Source: Carcharhinus longimanus (taxonomy: Eukaryota). From it: a stretch of DNA of 64,000 nt. This document shows positions 1-13,864 of this stretch, in pieces. The notes under the pieces were generated by a model that was not told where the DNA came from, searched no databases, and saw nothing but the letters and a program-made list of their open reading frames with translations. The stretch covers positions 93,867,814-93,931,813 of the forward strand of contig JASCQW010000081.1 of NCBI GenBank assembly GCA_030264375.1. The letters run 5' to 3'. How positions within the stretch are numbered: position 1 is the stretch's first letter; the number at the start of each line of letters is the position of its first letter. Position numbers and translations under genes: made by a program.

Positions 1-729
1 GCACGATAATGTTTTGTTGTTAAACCAGAGAGGCTGTTCTCTTGTTCTTCTTCTTTGTAAGTGTTAATCGTGCAATGGCACATCACTGGTGTCAATTGAA
101 ATAACTTGTCAGATGCCTGTGAGCCTTCAAAACATTCCCTTCAATTATAAATGTGTCTCCAATCGTAAGAGTGCTTCTCATACAAGGCCAGAATCCGGAG
201 TGTGAGTAAGTCTGGCAATACTCATAACATACACAGATGAGATTGCCTGACTGGGTAGGTAATCATTACCACAATCATGCAGCTCATACTCCAAGGGGCC
301 ATCCTCATTGTTGTCATTGCACCTAAGCTGGTCTAATCTGATTTCGGTTAAGGAAGGCGTCGATGCGAAACTCTTTCTCTTCAAAGTGTTTCAATGGCCA
401 CTCGTCACCCATCTGTTTCCTTCCCCACAACTTACTGAGCATCTATAACCCTTGTTATTTTAAAGTACAAAATTGCATGGAGATATACAATCGGAATAAA
501 AGTGGCCAATGTCAGAACCTCTCTACGGTCCAAGTAATTTTGACATGCCTTCGCATCTCCTGCCTCCCCATGAGGGTCATTGCTGCATGTCACGTTCGAT
601 CAGCTGTTGATCAAATGCGACCCTATCTTCGCCATGTGATATTATGTCAATGTTGATTTTCAATTCAGGAGCACTTGTAACATCAAGGCAAAACAAAAAA
701 AAAAGAAAGTTGCATTTAATTTGGCTTAC

Positions 730-765
730 GGGCTTTTTGCAGGTCATCTTTTAGTCTCTGTATTT
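730..765 (-). CDS. 36-nt micro-exon, copy A ([12 protein letters not shown])
   Basis: Minus strand: ttcttgtttcctccgtcag|AAATACAGAGACTAAAAGATGACCTGCAAAAAGCCC|gtaagc. Confidence 0.8.
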
Positions 766-3700
766 CTGACGGAGGAAACAAGAATTATATCTTCAGTTGC
801 AGACGAGTATTTATGTGGCAAGGTACCTGAGGAAAAGGTATTTGCTGCATCGTCCGAAATAAATAATACAAAAGTTATCCTGTTGCATATAACTTACTGC
901 CATACTGTAAATGAAAAATAATTGATCAATATATGTCCGACTTTCTTCCAGCACATATTATTCGGTCACGAAATATTAGCATTAATAACTATAATTGTTA
1001 GACTGAATCTGCTCTCAAACACTTAAGGCATCAGTAAACGAAATAGCATCATGTTGAATTAAATTGATTTTATAATTCATGAATAACATATTTCAAAATC
1101 AGCATGTGAACACTGGCATATGTTGCCAAACCTATCAGATTTCAAACCAAAATATTACCTCCAGGTCCGATGTCTTTTGTTCAATTGCATCAGTGAAATA
1201 AAATGATAAAACAAGTCAAAATTGTTATCACCAATCAAAAGCTAAAAAAAAATCATTACACGTGTTTTATGTAATGTAATGTAGAATACCCGACGCATCT
1301 TTCTTCGATATATTGACGTTACTCAGCGCGTTCACATCCATTCCCTGACTTCAATATCAGTCATGTCCTCCTCCTTAGTGAATAGCAATTCGAAGGACTC
1401 ATTACAAGTCTCACTCACTTTCTGTGGCTCCCCGCATAAATTCCCTCCGTCATGGATGAATGGGCCTAATTTTTCTCCTGCTCCGATTATATACGATACT
1501 GCATGATTTTCATCTAATCATATCTCCACTTTCCTGGCTTTTCCCCATAGCCCTTTACCCCCCTTTTGATCATTTTCCTTCGCTGTATTGTTCATTGAAC
1601 TGAAACTTTGAGGGATCAAACTCAACAACCAAAAATAAAACAGATGTCCAACGAAGTGCGGGTTAAGTAGATTGGCCATTGTAATTTTTCCCCTTAGTGT
1701 CCTAAGATGATTATGTTGGAGGTATTAGCGGGTAAAATATGGAGGGATATGGGGGTAGGGCTTGGGTGGAATTGTGGTTGGTGCAGACTCAATGGGCCGA
1801 AGACCACATTCTGCACTGTAGAGTTCTATGATTCTTGATCCTATCGAAAAGTAACTCGTTTGTTTAGCCTATTCTTTCTCTTACAACTAAATGCTACATA
1901 AATGACTTAATGGAACATATTGCAATAAAAAACTGGAGGACTCCAATGCATATTTAAATGATTTTTTTTGGCATGATCCACCACATTTGTTTTTATTCTA
2001 TTTTGGACGTCATCAATACGTTTTTGTTATTGCATGCAAGCTTCAATACTTTATTTTTTGTCTCCTTCCATTTCTTTTTTGCATCAGCAAAGAAGGAGGA
2101 TGTACAGCTTGCGATTGCCATAGTGAAATGTCATGTATTTCTTTTCACACTTGCAAAATTGTGCCATCACATGCAGAGACTTCACAGTAGAAATTCAAAA
2201 TGGTGTTGCATGAACGCTTGGCGCGAGATTTGAACTAGGATGCATTATGATGAGAATTTTGTGATTGGGTGCGAAGTTGGAAGGCTAAACAAATAAATGT
2301 TCTTTTGCAAACGTTTTGGGTTTTTTTTTCATCACTACACAATTTACATATCAGTAAAGTATTTTTTAACACAAAAAGCAGCGTGCAAACTATTGTGAAG
2401 GTCAGCAAGACAACTTCGTTCATTTGCATTTTTATTTAAATAAGGGCGAACGGGAGGCAGCCAGTTCTCATCTCTAGGCAGAGTTCAAAGAGCCATTTGG
2501 AGGAACATAAGAACATAAGAAGTAGAAGCAGAAGTAGTCTATCTGGCCCCTCGAGTCGGCTCCACCATTCAGTAAGATCATGGTTGACCTTTTTGTGGAC
2601 TCACCTCCACTTACTCGCCCGCTCACCACAACCCTTAATTCCTTTACTGTTCAAAAGTGTATTTATCCTTGTCCTGAAAACATTCAATGAGGTAGCCTCA
2701 ACAGTTTCACTGGCCAGAGAATTCCAAAGATTCACAGAACGTCGTGTGAAGAAGTTCCTTTTCAAGTCAGCCCTAAACCTGTTTCCCCGTACTTTGAGAC
2801 TATGTCCCCTAGTATTGCTTTCACATGTCAGTGGAAACAACTTCCCTGCTTCTATCTCATCTATTTCCTTCGTAATCTTACCTGTTTCTATGAGATCGTC
2901 ACTCATTATTTGAAGTCCAATGAGTATAGCCCCCATCTAATCAGTCTCTCCTCATATTCCAAATACCTCAACTCCGTAATCAACCTAGTGAATCTCTTCT
3001 GCACCCCCCCCCCCCCTCAATGCCAACACATCCTGTTGTCTCAAGTAAGGAGACCAAAACAGTACATAGTACTCCAGGTCTGGCCTCACCAACATTTCAT
3101 ACAGATGCAACATAACCTCGCTCTTTTTTTAACTCCATCCCTCTAGCAATGAAGGGCAAAAATCAATTTGCCTTCTTAATTACCTGCTGCACCTGCAAAC
3201 CAACTATTGAGATTCTTGCCTAAGGACACCCAGGTCCCTCGGCACAGCAGCTTGTTGCAATGTTTTACCATTTAAATAATAGTCCATTTTGCTGTTATTG
3301 CTACCAAAATGGATGACCTCATATTTCCCGGCATTGTACTCCATCTGTCATATCCCTTTGCAGACTTTCAGCATCTTCTGCACAGTTTGCTCTTCCACCC
3401 ATTTTTTTTTTTGTCATCTGCGAATTTTGACACTTGCTCTCCAACTCCAAGTCATCTGTGTGCAGGAGACACACAAAGAAAATAAAACGATGTAAGTCAC
3501 GGTTAGGCTTAAGCATAATGAGAGGAATCGTAATCCCGTGATCCTGAAAGGGAAGTATAATATGGAATCAGTTAAACAATAAATTATCAGTTAACTGGAG
3601 GATATGTGTGAGTGATCAGCACTGTAGTTACTCAGTTGACGTTGGTGGAGGCAGGAATGATACGTTTCCAAGTGTGGTATTCGGTAAAGAACACAAGATG

Positions 3701-6700
3701 ACATCGGCAAAGTATATTTTCAATTAGAAGTGATGCAGCTAATTATAAATAGTGGATATACGCCAAGGTGCCATTAGAGGCAAAATTGCATGAGTTTCAA
3801 AATTAAGATGCTTTTATCTGAATTGACCTGACTCACAATCGTCGACTAAAGCAATGTAAGTATCAACGTAATTGGAAGTCACAACATAATTATTTTGGAT
3901 AACAACACGTAATTCGTAGCCAAATTCAACCAAAATGATGAGGCGAACTTTGAACATTCAGAAACTCGAAATGTATCTCAAACCTGAGTAACATATTCAA
4001 TACAGTGCAACGGCCAGATCAAAAAAAATGTATCAGGCTGGCTTATGGAGGGAAAGAGTGAGGCATTTTAAAAGATAGGGATATGTTATGAAGGACAACA
4101 AAGATTATGTGTCGGATACTGGCAATGGACCGATGATAGTGCAGGCACGAGGCCATTGCTTTCCTAACCAACAGACCGCTGTCAGTAAGGATGGCCAAAA
4201 CTCCTTTTCCCACGATCGTCCTCACCGCTGATGTTCTGCAATGCTGTGTCCTCAGGGCCGTTCTATATTCCGTTTGCACCTTTGAGTGTATGGCCAAAAT
4301 CCGTTCCAGATTGGTTTTCAAGTTTGCAGTTGAGACCCCTATTATGGATCAGGTTTGAAATAATGACCAAATGCAGTGCAGGAAAGAAGAATACAACCTA
4401 GGCAACTGAGGCGACGACAATAAACTCTCCCTCAATGTCAGCAACACGAAGTGGATGGTCATCGACTTCAGGAAGTGCAGTGGAGGTATGGGCCTGTCTA
4501 CATCAGTGGGTTGGAATTCGAAATGTACGCGTGCATCAAGTTTTTAGATGTCCAGATCAATAGCAACATTTTCTTATAACTCCGTGTAGTCACCATAGTT
4601 AAGACAGCTCACTAATGCCTCTACCTTACCAGGAGACGAAGCAAATTTGGCACGTCCGTTACAATTCTCACCAACTTCTATTGTTGCACCAGAGAAAACA
4701 TTATATATGTTTGTAATAGAGCTTATTATGGCTTCTGCTCTGTCCAAGACCACAAGAAACTATAAGGGTCGTGAATTAAACCAAGTCTAATCCTCAAACC
4801 AGCTGCCAATCCATTGACACTGTCCAAGCTTCCCACTACCTAGGAAAGCCAATCAGCATATCCGTGGGTTTCAGGCACCCTGGACATACACTCTTCCAAC
4901 TTCTTTCATCGCGAAAAAGATACAGACGTCTGAGATCACGTACCAAACGAATCGCAAACAGCTTCTACCCTGTTGCCCTCAAACTTTAAAACGACCTACC
5001 TCACATTAAGTTGATCTGTCTCTACACCCTATCTAATACTGTGACCTACGTTCTGCACTCTTTCCTGTCCTTCCATATGTACGGTTTGCATTGTCTCTGT
5101 AGCACGCAAGAAATAATACTTACCCCTGTATACATGTGACAATGATCAATCGAATCAAATCTAACTAACCGATGATTAGACAGCTCGGCCAATCGCCGAA
5201 TTCAGGCACAACTATGAGATGGGAATATCTAATGATTAGATAGGCTGTGATGAACTACGTGAGAAGAGCCTGAAATAACGATCCATGCACATGTCAACGG
5301 TGAGATAATTGATCTTACGTACGAACAGTTTTCTCCTTCTCTCTGGAAGCATGGTTGCTGGGAAGGGAGGAATGTGCAGTTTACAGGGGGAAAAAAAGGA
5401 GAACATAAAACGATTTCGTTATGAATCTGAAACCACATTCTAGCCATTGCTTGGGAGAGGCTGTGTGAGGGTAAATCCACATCTGGCATGTGGGAGTCTT
5501 TTAAGGCCCAATTGATGTGGCTGCAGGATAGGCATGTGCCTGTAAAAATGAAGGATAAGAATGGTAGGTTTCGAGAGCCGTGCATAACCAGGGAAATTGA
5601 GGGTCTGATCAAAAAGAAAAGAGAAGCGTACGTTTGGTCCAGGCAACTAAGAACAGACAGAAGACTAGAGGAATACAGAGAAAGTAGGAAAGAACTCAAA
5701 CGGGGAGTTAGAAGGGCAAAAAAGGGTTCATGAAATGTTCTTGGCAGGCAAGATTAAGGAGAATCCTAAGACATTTTATACATACTTTAGGAACAAAAGA
5801 GTTGTCAAGGAAAAAAATCGGACTTCTCAGGGTCAAATGAGGGAAATTATGATTAGAGCCCAAGTAGGTCAGGGAGATCGTAAATGAATACTTTGCATCA
5901 GTGGTCACAAAGGAGAGGGGCGTGTTGACTGGGAGTGTCTTAGAGGGAAGTGTTGACCCGTTAGAGAAATTCTCCATTACAAGGGAATATTAAAACTGAC
6001 AAATCCTTAGGGCCTGATGGCATCTACCCTAGACTGTTCAAGGAGACACGAGATGAAATTGCTGGGCCTCTGACAGAGATCTTTGCCGCTTCATTGGACA
6101 CAAAAGAGATCCCTGAGGATTGGAGGATAGGGAATGTGATACCGTTATTTAAGAAGGGTAGTAAGGATAACGCGGGTTGTTATAGGCCGGTGAGCCTGAC
6201 GTCGTGGTAGGGAAGTTGTTGGACAGGATTCTTAGAGATAGGATGAATGCAAATTTAGAACTGAATAATCTCATTAGTGATAGACAGTATGGTTTTGCAA
6301 TGGGAGAACATGCCAGACAAATCTGGTGGAGTTTTTTTGAGGAGGTGACAAAACCGGTTGACGAGGGTAGAGCCGTGGATGTCACCTATATGGATTTTAG
6401 TAAACCGTTTGACAAAGTCCCTCACGGCAGGTTGCTGCAAAAGGATAAATCTCATGGAATAAAAGGAGGTGGCTCGATGGTAGAGAACTGGCGTGGCCAC
6501 AGAAGACAGAGGTTAGTAGTGGAAGGGTGGAGGTCTGTGACCAGTGGTGTACCGCAGAGCTCTGCACTGGGACTTCTGCTATTTGTGACATATACATAAC
6601 TGATTTGGAAGAAGGTGTAACCGGTGTGATCAGTAAGTTTGCAGATGACACAAATATGGCTGGACCTGCGGATAGTGATGACCATTGTCGGAGAATACAG

Positions 6701-9700
6701 CAGGATATAGACAGGCTGGAAAATTGGGCGGACAAATGGCAGATGAAATTTAATCCAGATAAATGCGAAGTGATGCATTTTGGTAGGGCTAATGTGGGGA
6801 GGAGCTACACAATAAATGACAGAACCATCAAAAGTATAGGCGCACAGAGGGACCTGGGTGTGCAAGTCCACAGATCCTTGAAGGTGGCAGCGCGGGTGGA
6901 GAAGGTGCTGAAGAAGGCATATGGCATGCTTGCCATTATAGGACGGAGTATAGAGTATAAAAAATGACGTCTGATGTTACAGCTGTATAGAACGTCGGTT
7001 AGGCCACAAATTTGGAGTACTGCGTCAAGTTCTGGTCACCACACTACCAGAAAGACGTGGAGGCTTTGGAGAGAATGCAGAAAAGGTTTACCAGGATGTT
7101 GCCTGGTACAGTAGCTCCTAGCTATGAGGAACGATTGGGTAAACTGGGGTTGTTCTCCCTGGAAAGACGGAGAATGAGATGAGACCTAATAGAGGTGTAC
7201 ACAATTATGAGGAGTACGGATAGGTTGAACAGTAGGAAGACTTTTCCCCTGGTCGGAGGTGACAAAAACGAGGGGTCACCGGTTCAAGGTGAGGGGGGCG
7301 AGGTTTAACTCAGATATCTGAGGGATATATTTTACACAGAGTGTGGTGGGAGCCTGGAATTCGCCGCCAAGCAGGGTGGTGGAGGCGGACACGCTAGGAT
7401 CGGTTAAGACTTATCTCGATAGTCACATGAGCAAACTGGGAATGGAGGGATTCCGAAGAATGCTCTAGTTGGACCAATGAGGGGCGCAGGCTTGGAGCTC
7501 CGAGGGGCTTGTTTCCTGTGCTACAATGTTCTTTGTTCTTGGTTCAAAATTCGCTGCATGTCCTTCATTTTCATCTAAGGAACTAATTTCAGGGAGTAAA
7601 ATTTGCAATACCCGTGCCCCACTTGTCGTTAGCCATTTCGGCATGTTGTTCTCCACAAGAGCTTCTACATCAGCTGTAAATAAAGTAAGTTAATTCGTTT
7701 TGGTAGCAAAATCAATTGCGAACTCACCACCCAGCTGATCTTTCAGTTTTTGTAACTCTGAAACAAGATGAAATACTGCTGAGACCTTGAGGGATTAAAA
7801 TCGCCGTTCACCGCATCAGAAAAAGTACAAAGCGGAGGAAAAACTAATTGGAATTTTGTATATGTATCGATGATTTCATAATACAATATCATATAGATAC
7901 GGCTGTAATTACAACGTGTTAACCAAGGCCAATTCATTCAGCAGCGTAGCCTAGGGCGCAAGGATGCATTTTCAAATGGCTCAGCAAACCATTAACCTCT
8001 GCATTCTGGGACAACATGTGGTCTACATAGGTCGGCAACTTCAGAATCCAGAGGAGAACGCGTTGTGCAAGTACGCGCAGGTTTCCATAGGTCGGCAAGT
8101 TCCCTGCACCCACACCCGTTCCACCCTGATGTCCGTGTACCGGGGGAAAGCAAGGAAGACAAGTACCAAAAGGGCAATTGACAAGTGCTGCCGTCGTTAT
8201 GAAAATTAATGGAAAGTTAATTCTCCTTGAGAAGCAAAGCATCAAGGCATTCCATTCGCATGCTGTCTGTCAGTGAACGGCAATATTTTTTGGGAAGAAA
8301 GGCAGAATTCTTCTCATTAATTGCCACATAAAATTAACTGTTCAAAAGCACACCTCCGTCTCAAGCCCTCAACCTCCACCCCTCAACGTCACTACTATGT
8401 CTCTTGCCGCTGTGGTGAATGAGGCCAGGCCGAGAATGGAGGGGCGCGCTGGAAAATAGCTAAAAATATAAGGTCCAATCACAAAATGCTGATCACAGTG
8501 ATACTCATTTGTCACTAATTGTCTCACCTTCCTATTCGGGGCAGCCGGTCCAAGGCAGTTACGGATGCGCTTCAGACACCGGGCAATAAACCAGGAAACC
8601 GAAACATGCTCTGGTTGCTATCCAAGGCTGAAGTTGTTGTATTCCTTGCTGACAGTGACGGGGTGAGCAGTTACCTCCGAGAATCATAGCGCAATCTGCA
8701 GGGCCAGTCACCAGCGGTAATAGGAATGATGGTTACTATGCATGCTGCTGCTTTTGCATGAGAGTACGTCTAATGAAGTTACCTTCGACCACAGCTGAAT
8801 CTTAAAACAAATATAGAAGGTTGAGCACTTTTACAGCTGTGAGTCTAGAGCTGCTCTTATGGCTTGAGCGAATTAATGACGCGGGAGAGCTGGCTCGCGG
8901 CCTCAGAAATTAGCGTGGACGCGTTTAATCGAAAAGCAGGCTTGTGACAGCATCGTTCAGGCTCTTGAGACAGAGTTCCAAAGGCACCGAAAAATGCCAT
9001 ACGCACACTGTCTCCAAATAGCTGTCAGCTCTAGACTTCTAATTGGGTTAGGAGCGAGGCCGAGAAGTTCAATCGACTTGGACAGCATTCCTTCTTTGGG
9101 CCCGATCTGAAAAGTAGTAATACTGGCTACATCGAGGATGCCGTTACGATTCATCTACAAATGTAACCCGGAGGCGGGACAGCTTTACTGAGCAATCCAG
9201 CTGGGTTTCATATATGCCGTCGTCACTGCGCTACTTCCAAACGCCATTAAGCAATGCTTCTTCTAAAGGTGCGCGAGTATATTGACCATCATCGTAGTCC
9301 ACTCAAGTGTCGCAATTATATGTTTATTTTGCATGGTGAGTAACAAATGCGCGACACAGCCTACAGCCTACTCTGAGTTTTTTTTTTAAGTGTTAATTTA
9401 AGGTTCGCAAGTTAAAATGCACGAAAAAGTCTATATTCCATCAAAGTTACTGAATGTTATTCACAGAGCTAATACTCAGTTTGTGTCTTGTCTCCTGTAA
9501 GTACCTCTCTCTTTACACTTCGCGTCTTCTTCTGTTGTGATAAAATGAAGAAATAGTAAGGCTCACGTCAGCTGTGTTTCACAGTAATTCAAAAAAATGT
9601 TTATTTAAGATGCACTGAAGCAGTCGATGTTTCATTGAAAATGCCTTTTTTCCCCCTAAAATTATATTGACAACATTACTCTATTTTACTTGACTCTGCA

Positions 9701-12700
9701 CTGTGATGTTGAGAAGGTCATGATCATACACCATATTTTCAAGTTTGTTATGGACTGCTTTTCAGACCACAACTTTGGCAGAATAAAATCACCAATAACT
9801 TGTTGAGAGAGCCGAGTACATCTCACGCAAGGGTTGAACTCATTGGATACCCTTTTGCGCTCATCATTTATATTTAAGTTCCCTCCTGCTGCCACTAATG
9901 TTGTTGTAACAGTGTTAGACACTAATTAGGCTGTCTACTCATTGTAGCAAATTGGGTATGGTGGGCCCTTAGACCAGGTTTGCTGCTAAACAGTTTTGCC
10001 TTCCACTCTGTAGCAGATGTCTTTGAATTCACATTATAGGTAGCATGGAGACCAGTTTCAGAGAGTAATTAGCTTCAGGGTTTCAAGATTAGGGCTTCTA
10101 GAAAAAAAGATGGATGGCCACGGTTAGAAAAATTGTCAATGAGATGGAGTGGAAGCAGCAAGTCTGGAACACTCACGTTGGTGGGAACTTAATGAATGGA
10201 CAGTCGCTAAATAATGATTTGTACCTCTCTCTTTAAATTGGGTGTTTTTATTTCATCGAGTGTAAGTCGATTACTGTGTAACGTTTGTATTCTGTAAACT
10301 CAACAGCTCAGCATTTTTTTTATATAAGGACAATCAGTCAAAGTAAATGTGTTACATTAAACTCTGCTGAAACGTAAGGACAGATGCCTTGCATAGGAAC
10401 ATAGAAGAATGGAGCAGAAGGAGGACATTTGGCCTTTCACACCTCTTCAGCCATTCATCACGATCCTACCCGATCATCCAAATCAATAGCCTGATTATAT
10501 CTTCTCCAGATAATCTTTCATCTCATTCCCGAAAAGTCTATATCTAAAAGTTTATATCTAGCCACGGCATGGTAGCACAGTGGTTAGCACTGCAGCTTCA
10601 CAGCTCCAGGGACCTGGGTACGAATCCTGGCTTGGCTCATTGTCTGTGGGGAATTTGCACATTCTCGTCGTGTCTGCGTGGGTTTCCTCCGGGTGCTCCG
10701 GTTTCCACTTACAGTCCAAAGATGTGCGGGTTAGGTTGATTGGCCATGCGAAAAATTATCACTTAGTGTTGTGAAATGCGTATGTTAGAGTGGCGGGGGG
10801 ATGGTGGTCGGTGCAGACTGGATGGGAAAAATGGTCTCTTCCTGCACTGCGGGGTTTATGTTATTTCGAGCCGCCTGATGCATAGATTCAGTGTTCTGGT
10901 ATCGACTTTTTGCTGTGGTAATGAATTCCACTGGCTCATCACTCTTTGAGTGAGAAAATGTCTCTTCATCTCCGTCCTAAATCCTCGGACTCCGAGCTCT
11001 GTTTTTTGATCATCCTACCATTCGGGTGCATCCTCCATTCATCTACTCTGTCTAGTCCTGTTAGAATTTTCTAAGTGCCTATGAGATTCCTCCCTCATCT
11101 GCCTGAGCTCCAGCGAAAATATCGTGAGCTAATCAATCCCAAGGAGAAGGAAACATGCTACACGGAGGGCGAGACATCCATGGCTGACGAGGTAAGTCAA
11201 GCACAGCAATAAACTAAAGGAAAAAAAACATACAAAGTGACGAGGGTTTGTGGGAAACCAAAGGATCAAGATGGCTTTAAAAGAGAGCAGATGACAACTA
11301 AAGAAAAAAAAACAATGGGGGGGGGGTGGTCAGAAGATGAAATATAAGTGTAAGCTAGCTAGTAACAAAAAAATAAGGTGGGAAGCCTAATTCTTTTTTT
11401 AGTATATTGAAAGGTCAGAGAGTGGCAAAAATTGCTACTGGACCACTGGACAGTGAAGCTGGATAAATAATAATAGGGAACAAGGAAATGGCAGAGGAAC
11501 TGCATAGTTACTTTGTATCACTCTTTATGACGGAAGACATCATTGGGATGGCAGAGCACCAGGAAAATTGGGGAGCACAGATGAGTGTAGTGGTCAATAT
11601 TAAGGATAAGATCCTGGGGCACCTGAAAAGTCTGAGGGTGAATAAGTCACCTGGACCGAATGAACCACACTCCAGGAATCTAATAGAGATAGCTGAGGAA
11701 ATTGTGGAATCATTGGTGTGATCTTGCAGGAATTACTGGAGGCAGGGATAAGCCCAGAGTATTGCAAAGTAGCTAATGCAACACCACTGTTTAAGACGGG
11801 AGGAAACGACGCACGGGAAATTATAAGCTAGTTAGCCTGACTTTGTTCATTGGCAAGGTCTTAGAGTCCAATAATAACGATTAATAACGGGAAGTACTTG
11901 GAAATGTGTAACAAAATAGGGTGGAGTTATCAAGGCTCCGTCAAGGGGAGTTCATGTCTCACAAATCTGTTAAAGTTCTTTGAAGAGATAAAAAGAAAGT
12001 TGGATGGAGGAAAACCAGTGGATGTTACCTATTCAGATTTCTAAAAGGCCTTTAATAATGTGCCACATAGGAAACTGCAAAATAAGCTGAGAGCCCACAG
12101 TATTAAGGCTAAGATAAGAAATGGATCAAGGATTGGCTGACTGGCAGAGTGCAAATAATGGGGATAAAGTGATCTGCTTCAGGGTGGCGACTGGTCACTA
12201 TTTGTGTGCCTCAGAGGTTGGTGCTTTGAACCCAACTTTTCACAAAATACTTCAATGTTTTGATAGAAGAAACTAAAGGCATTGTTGGTAAGCTCGCAGA
12301 GGATACAAGTATATGTATAGAGGGACAGGTAGTATTGAGGAAACGAGTGGCGATGGCGTGGGGGTGCTGCAAAGGACTTGCTCAGGTTACGAAAGTGGGG
12401 AAAGAATTGGCAGGTAGAATATATTGTGGAGAAGTGTGAGTGTATGCATTTTGTGAGGAGGAATGGAGGCGTAGACTATTCTACATGAGGAAATGCTTAA
12501 GAAATCAGAAGAACAAAGGGACTTGGGAGTCCTTGCACGATACATTTTTGCTGTTAAACCAGAGAGGTCGTCATCTTGTTCTTCTTCTTTGTACGTGTTA
12601 ATCGTGCAATGCCACACCACAAGTGCAAACAGAAATAACTTGTCAGATGCCCGTGAGCCTTCAAAAGAATCCCTTCAATTATAACAAGTCTCCAATTCTA

Positions 12701-13832
12701 AGAGTGCTTCTCATAGAAGGCCAGAATCCGGAGTGTCAGTAATTCTGACAATACTAATAACATGCACAGAAGAGAACTGCCTGACTGGGTAGGTAATCAA
12801 TACCACAACATGGAGTCCATACTCCAAGAGGCCATCCTCATTGTTGTTATTACACCTACGCTAGTCTAACTTGATTTTCGTTAAGGAAGGCGTCGATGGC
12901 CTGTTTCAATGGCCACTCGTCACCCATCTGTGTCCTTCCATACAACCTACTGAGCCCTTGTTATTTTAAAGTACACAATCGCATGGAGATGTGCAATCGG
13001 TAATAAAAGTGGCCAATGTCAGAACCTCTCTACAGCCCACGTAATTGTGGCACGTCTTCGCATCTCCTGCCTCCCCAGGAGGTTCAGTGCTGCATGCCAC
13101 GTTCGATTAGCTGTTGATCAAATGCGACCCCATCTTAACCAATTCATATATGTCAATGTTAATTTACAATTCAGAAGTACTTGCAACGTCAACGCAAAAC
13201 AAAACAAAAAATTAATGTCGCTGTTCTATTTAATCTGGCTTACGGGCTTTTTGCAGTTCATCTTTTAGTCTCCTTATTTCTGATGGAGGAAACAAGAAAT
13301 ATATCTTCAGTTACAGGTGAGGATTTATGTGGCAACTGAGGAAGGGTNNNNNNNNNNNNNNNNNNNNNNNNNNNNNNNNNNNNNNNNNNNNNNNNNNNNN
13401 NNNNNNNNNNNNNNNNNNNNNNNNNNNNNNNNNNNNNNNNNNNNNNNGAAGATCCGCGAACACCTCCACAAAGAGACATTTTGAAATCGGACATTGTCAT
13501 TTGTGGATATTACGGACTAGTTGAGGGTCCTGCAGTCTCTCTATATGTGTGTTTTGCACTTCCTACAACGTGTGTCCCCACGACCACGACACCCGAAATC
13601 TTACCCTGCCCCTTGCTGAGCTGGGGGCCGGAAGGAGGACTGGTGCTGTGGAACGAGGGAGAAATTGTATATGACGATGTAAAACACGAGATCCTGCCTG
13701 TTCTGATCGATATCTCAGGGATCCAAGTGCCGGGATACTGTTCGGAACAGACATGAAGTATGTATCAAATGCTGGGCAGAGAAACCATAAAGCGGGCTAT
13801 CGATGCGATGGGAGCAACACAATATAGAGGCA

Positions 13833-13864
<32 letters not shown>

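Noticed and set aside
178-384. 68-aa minus ORF (..[16 protein letters not shown]..)
   Set aside because: Paralogs have stops and indels, and one is interrupted by the ERV; no recognisable domain.
436-450. 15/6/15-nt exon look-alike downstream of the 36-nt exon
   Set aside because: Weak acceptor, in-frame TAG in copy A, acceptor lost in D, and region absent from E.
898-904. 7-nt micro-exon look-alike (tttacag|TATGGCA|gtaagt)
   Set aside because: Frame-shifting length, and splice sites are not kept in copies D and E.
5319-5357. 39-nt exon look-alike after a long polypyrimidine tract
   Set aside because: Donor lost in B, acceptor lost in E, and stop in phase 1 in D.
6204-6967. Reverse-transcriptase ORFs as a host gene or retron-like system
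   Set aside because: Frameshifted CR1 LINE ORF2 with a typical 3' tail; an ordinary retrotransposon.
7465-7673. Apparent minus-strand exon starting [14 protein letters not shown], recalling the start of a B30.2 exon
   Set aside because: The acceptor is only 54 nt from the 30-nt exon donor, too short for a typical vertebrate intron. Copies D and E have stops or frameshifts, and no B30.2 motifs follow.
8957-9250. Recurrent minus-strand ORF (..[15 protein letters not shown]..) in several copies
   Set aside because: In-frame stops in A and B and frameshifting indels in D and E. Recurrence is explained by duplication alone.
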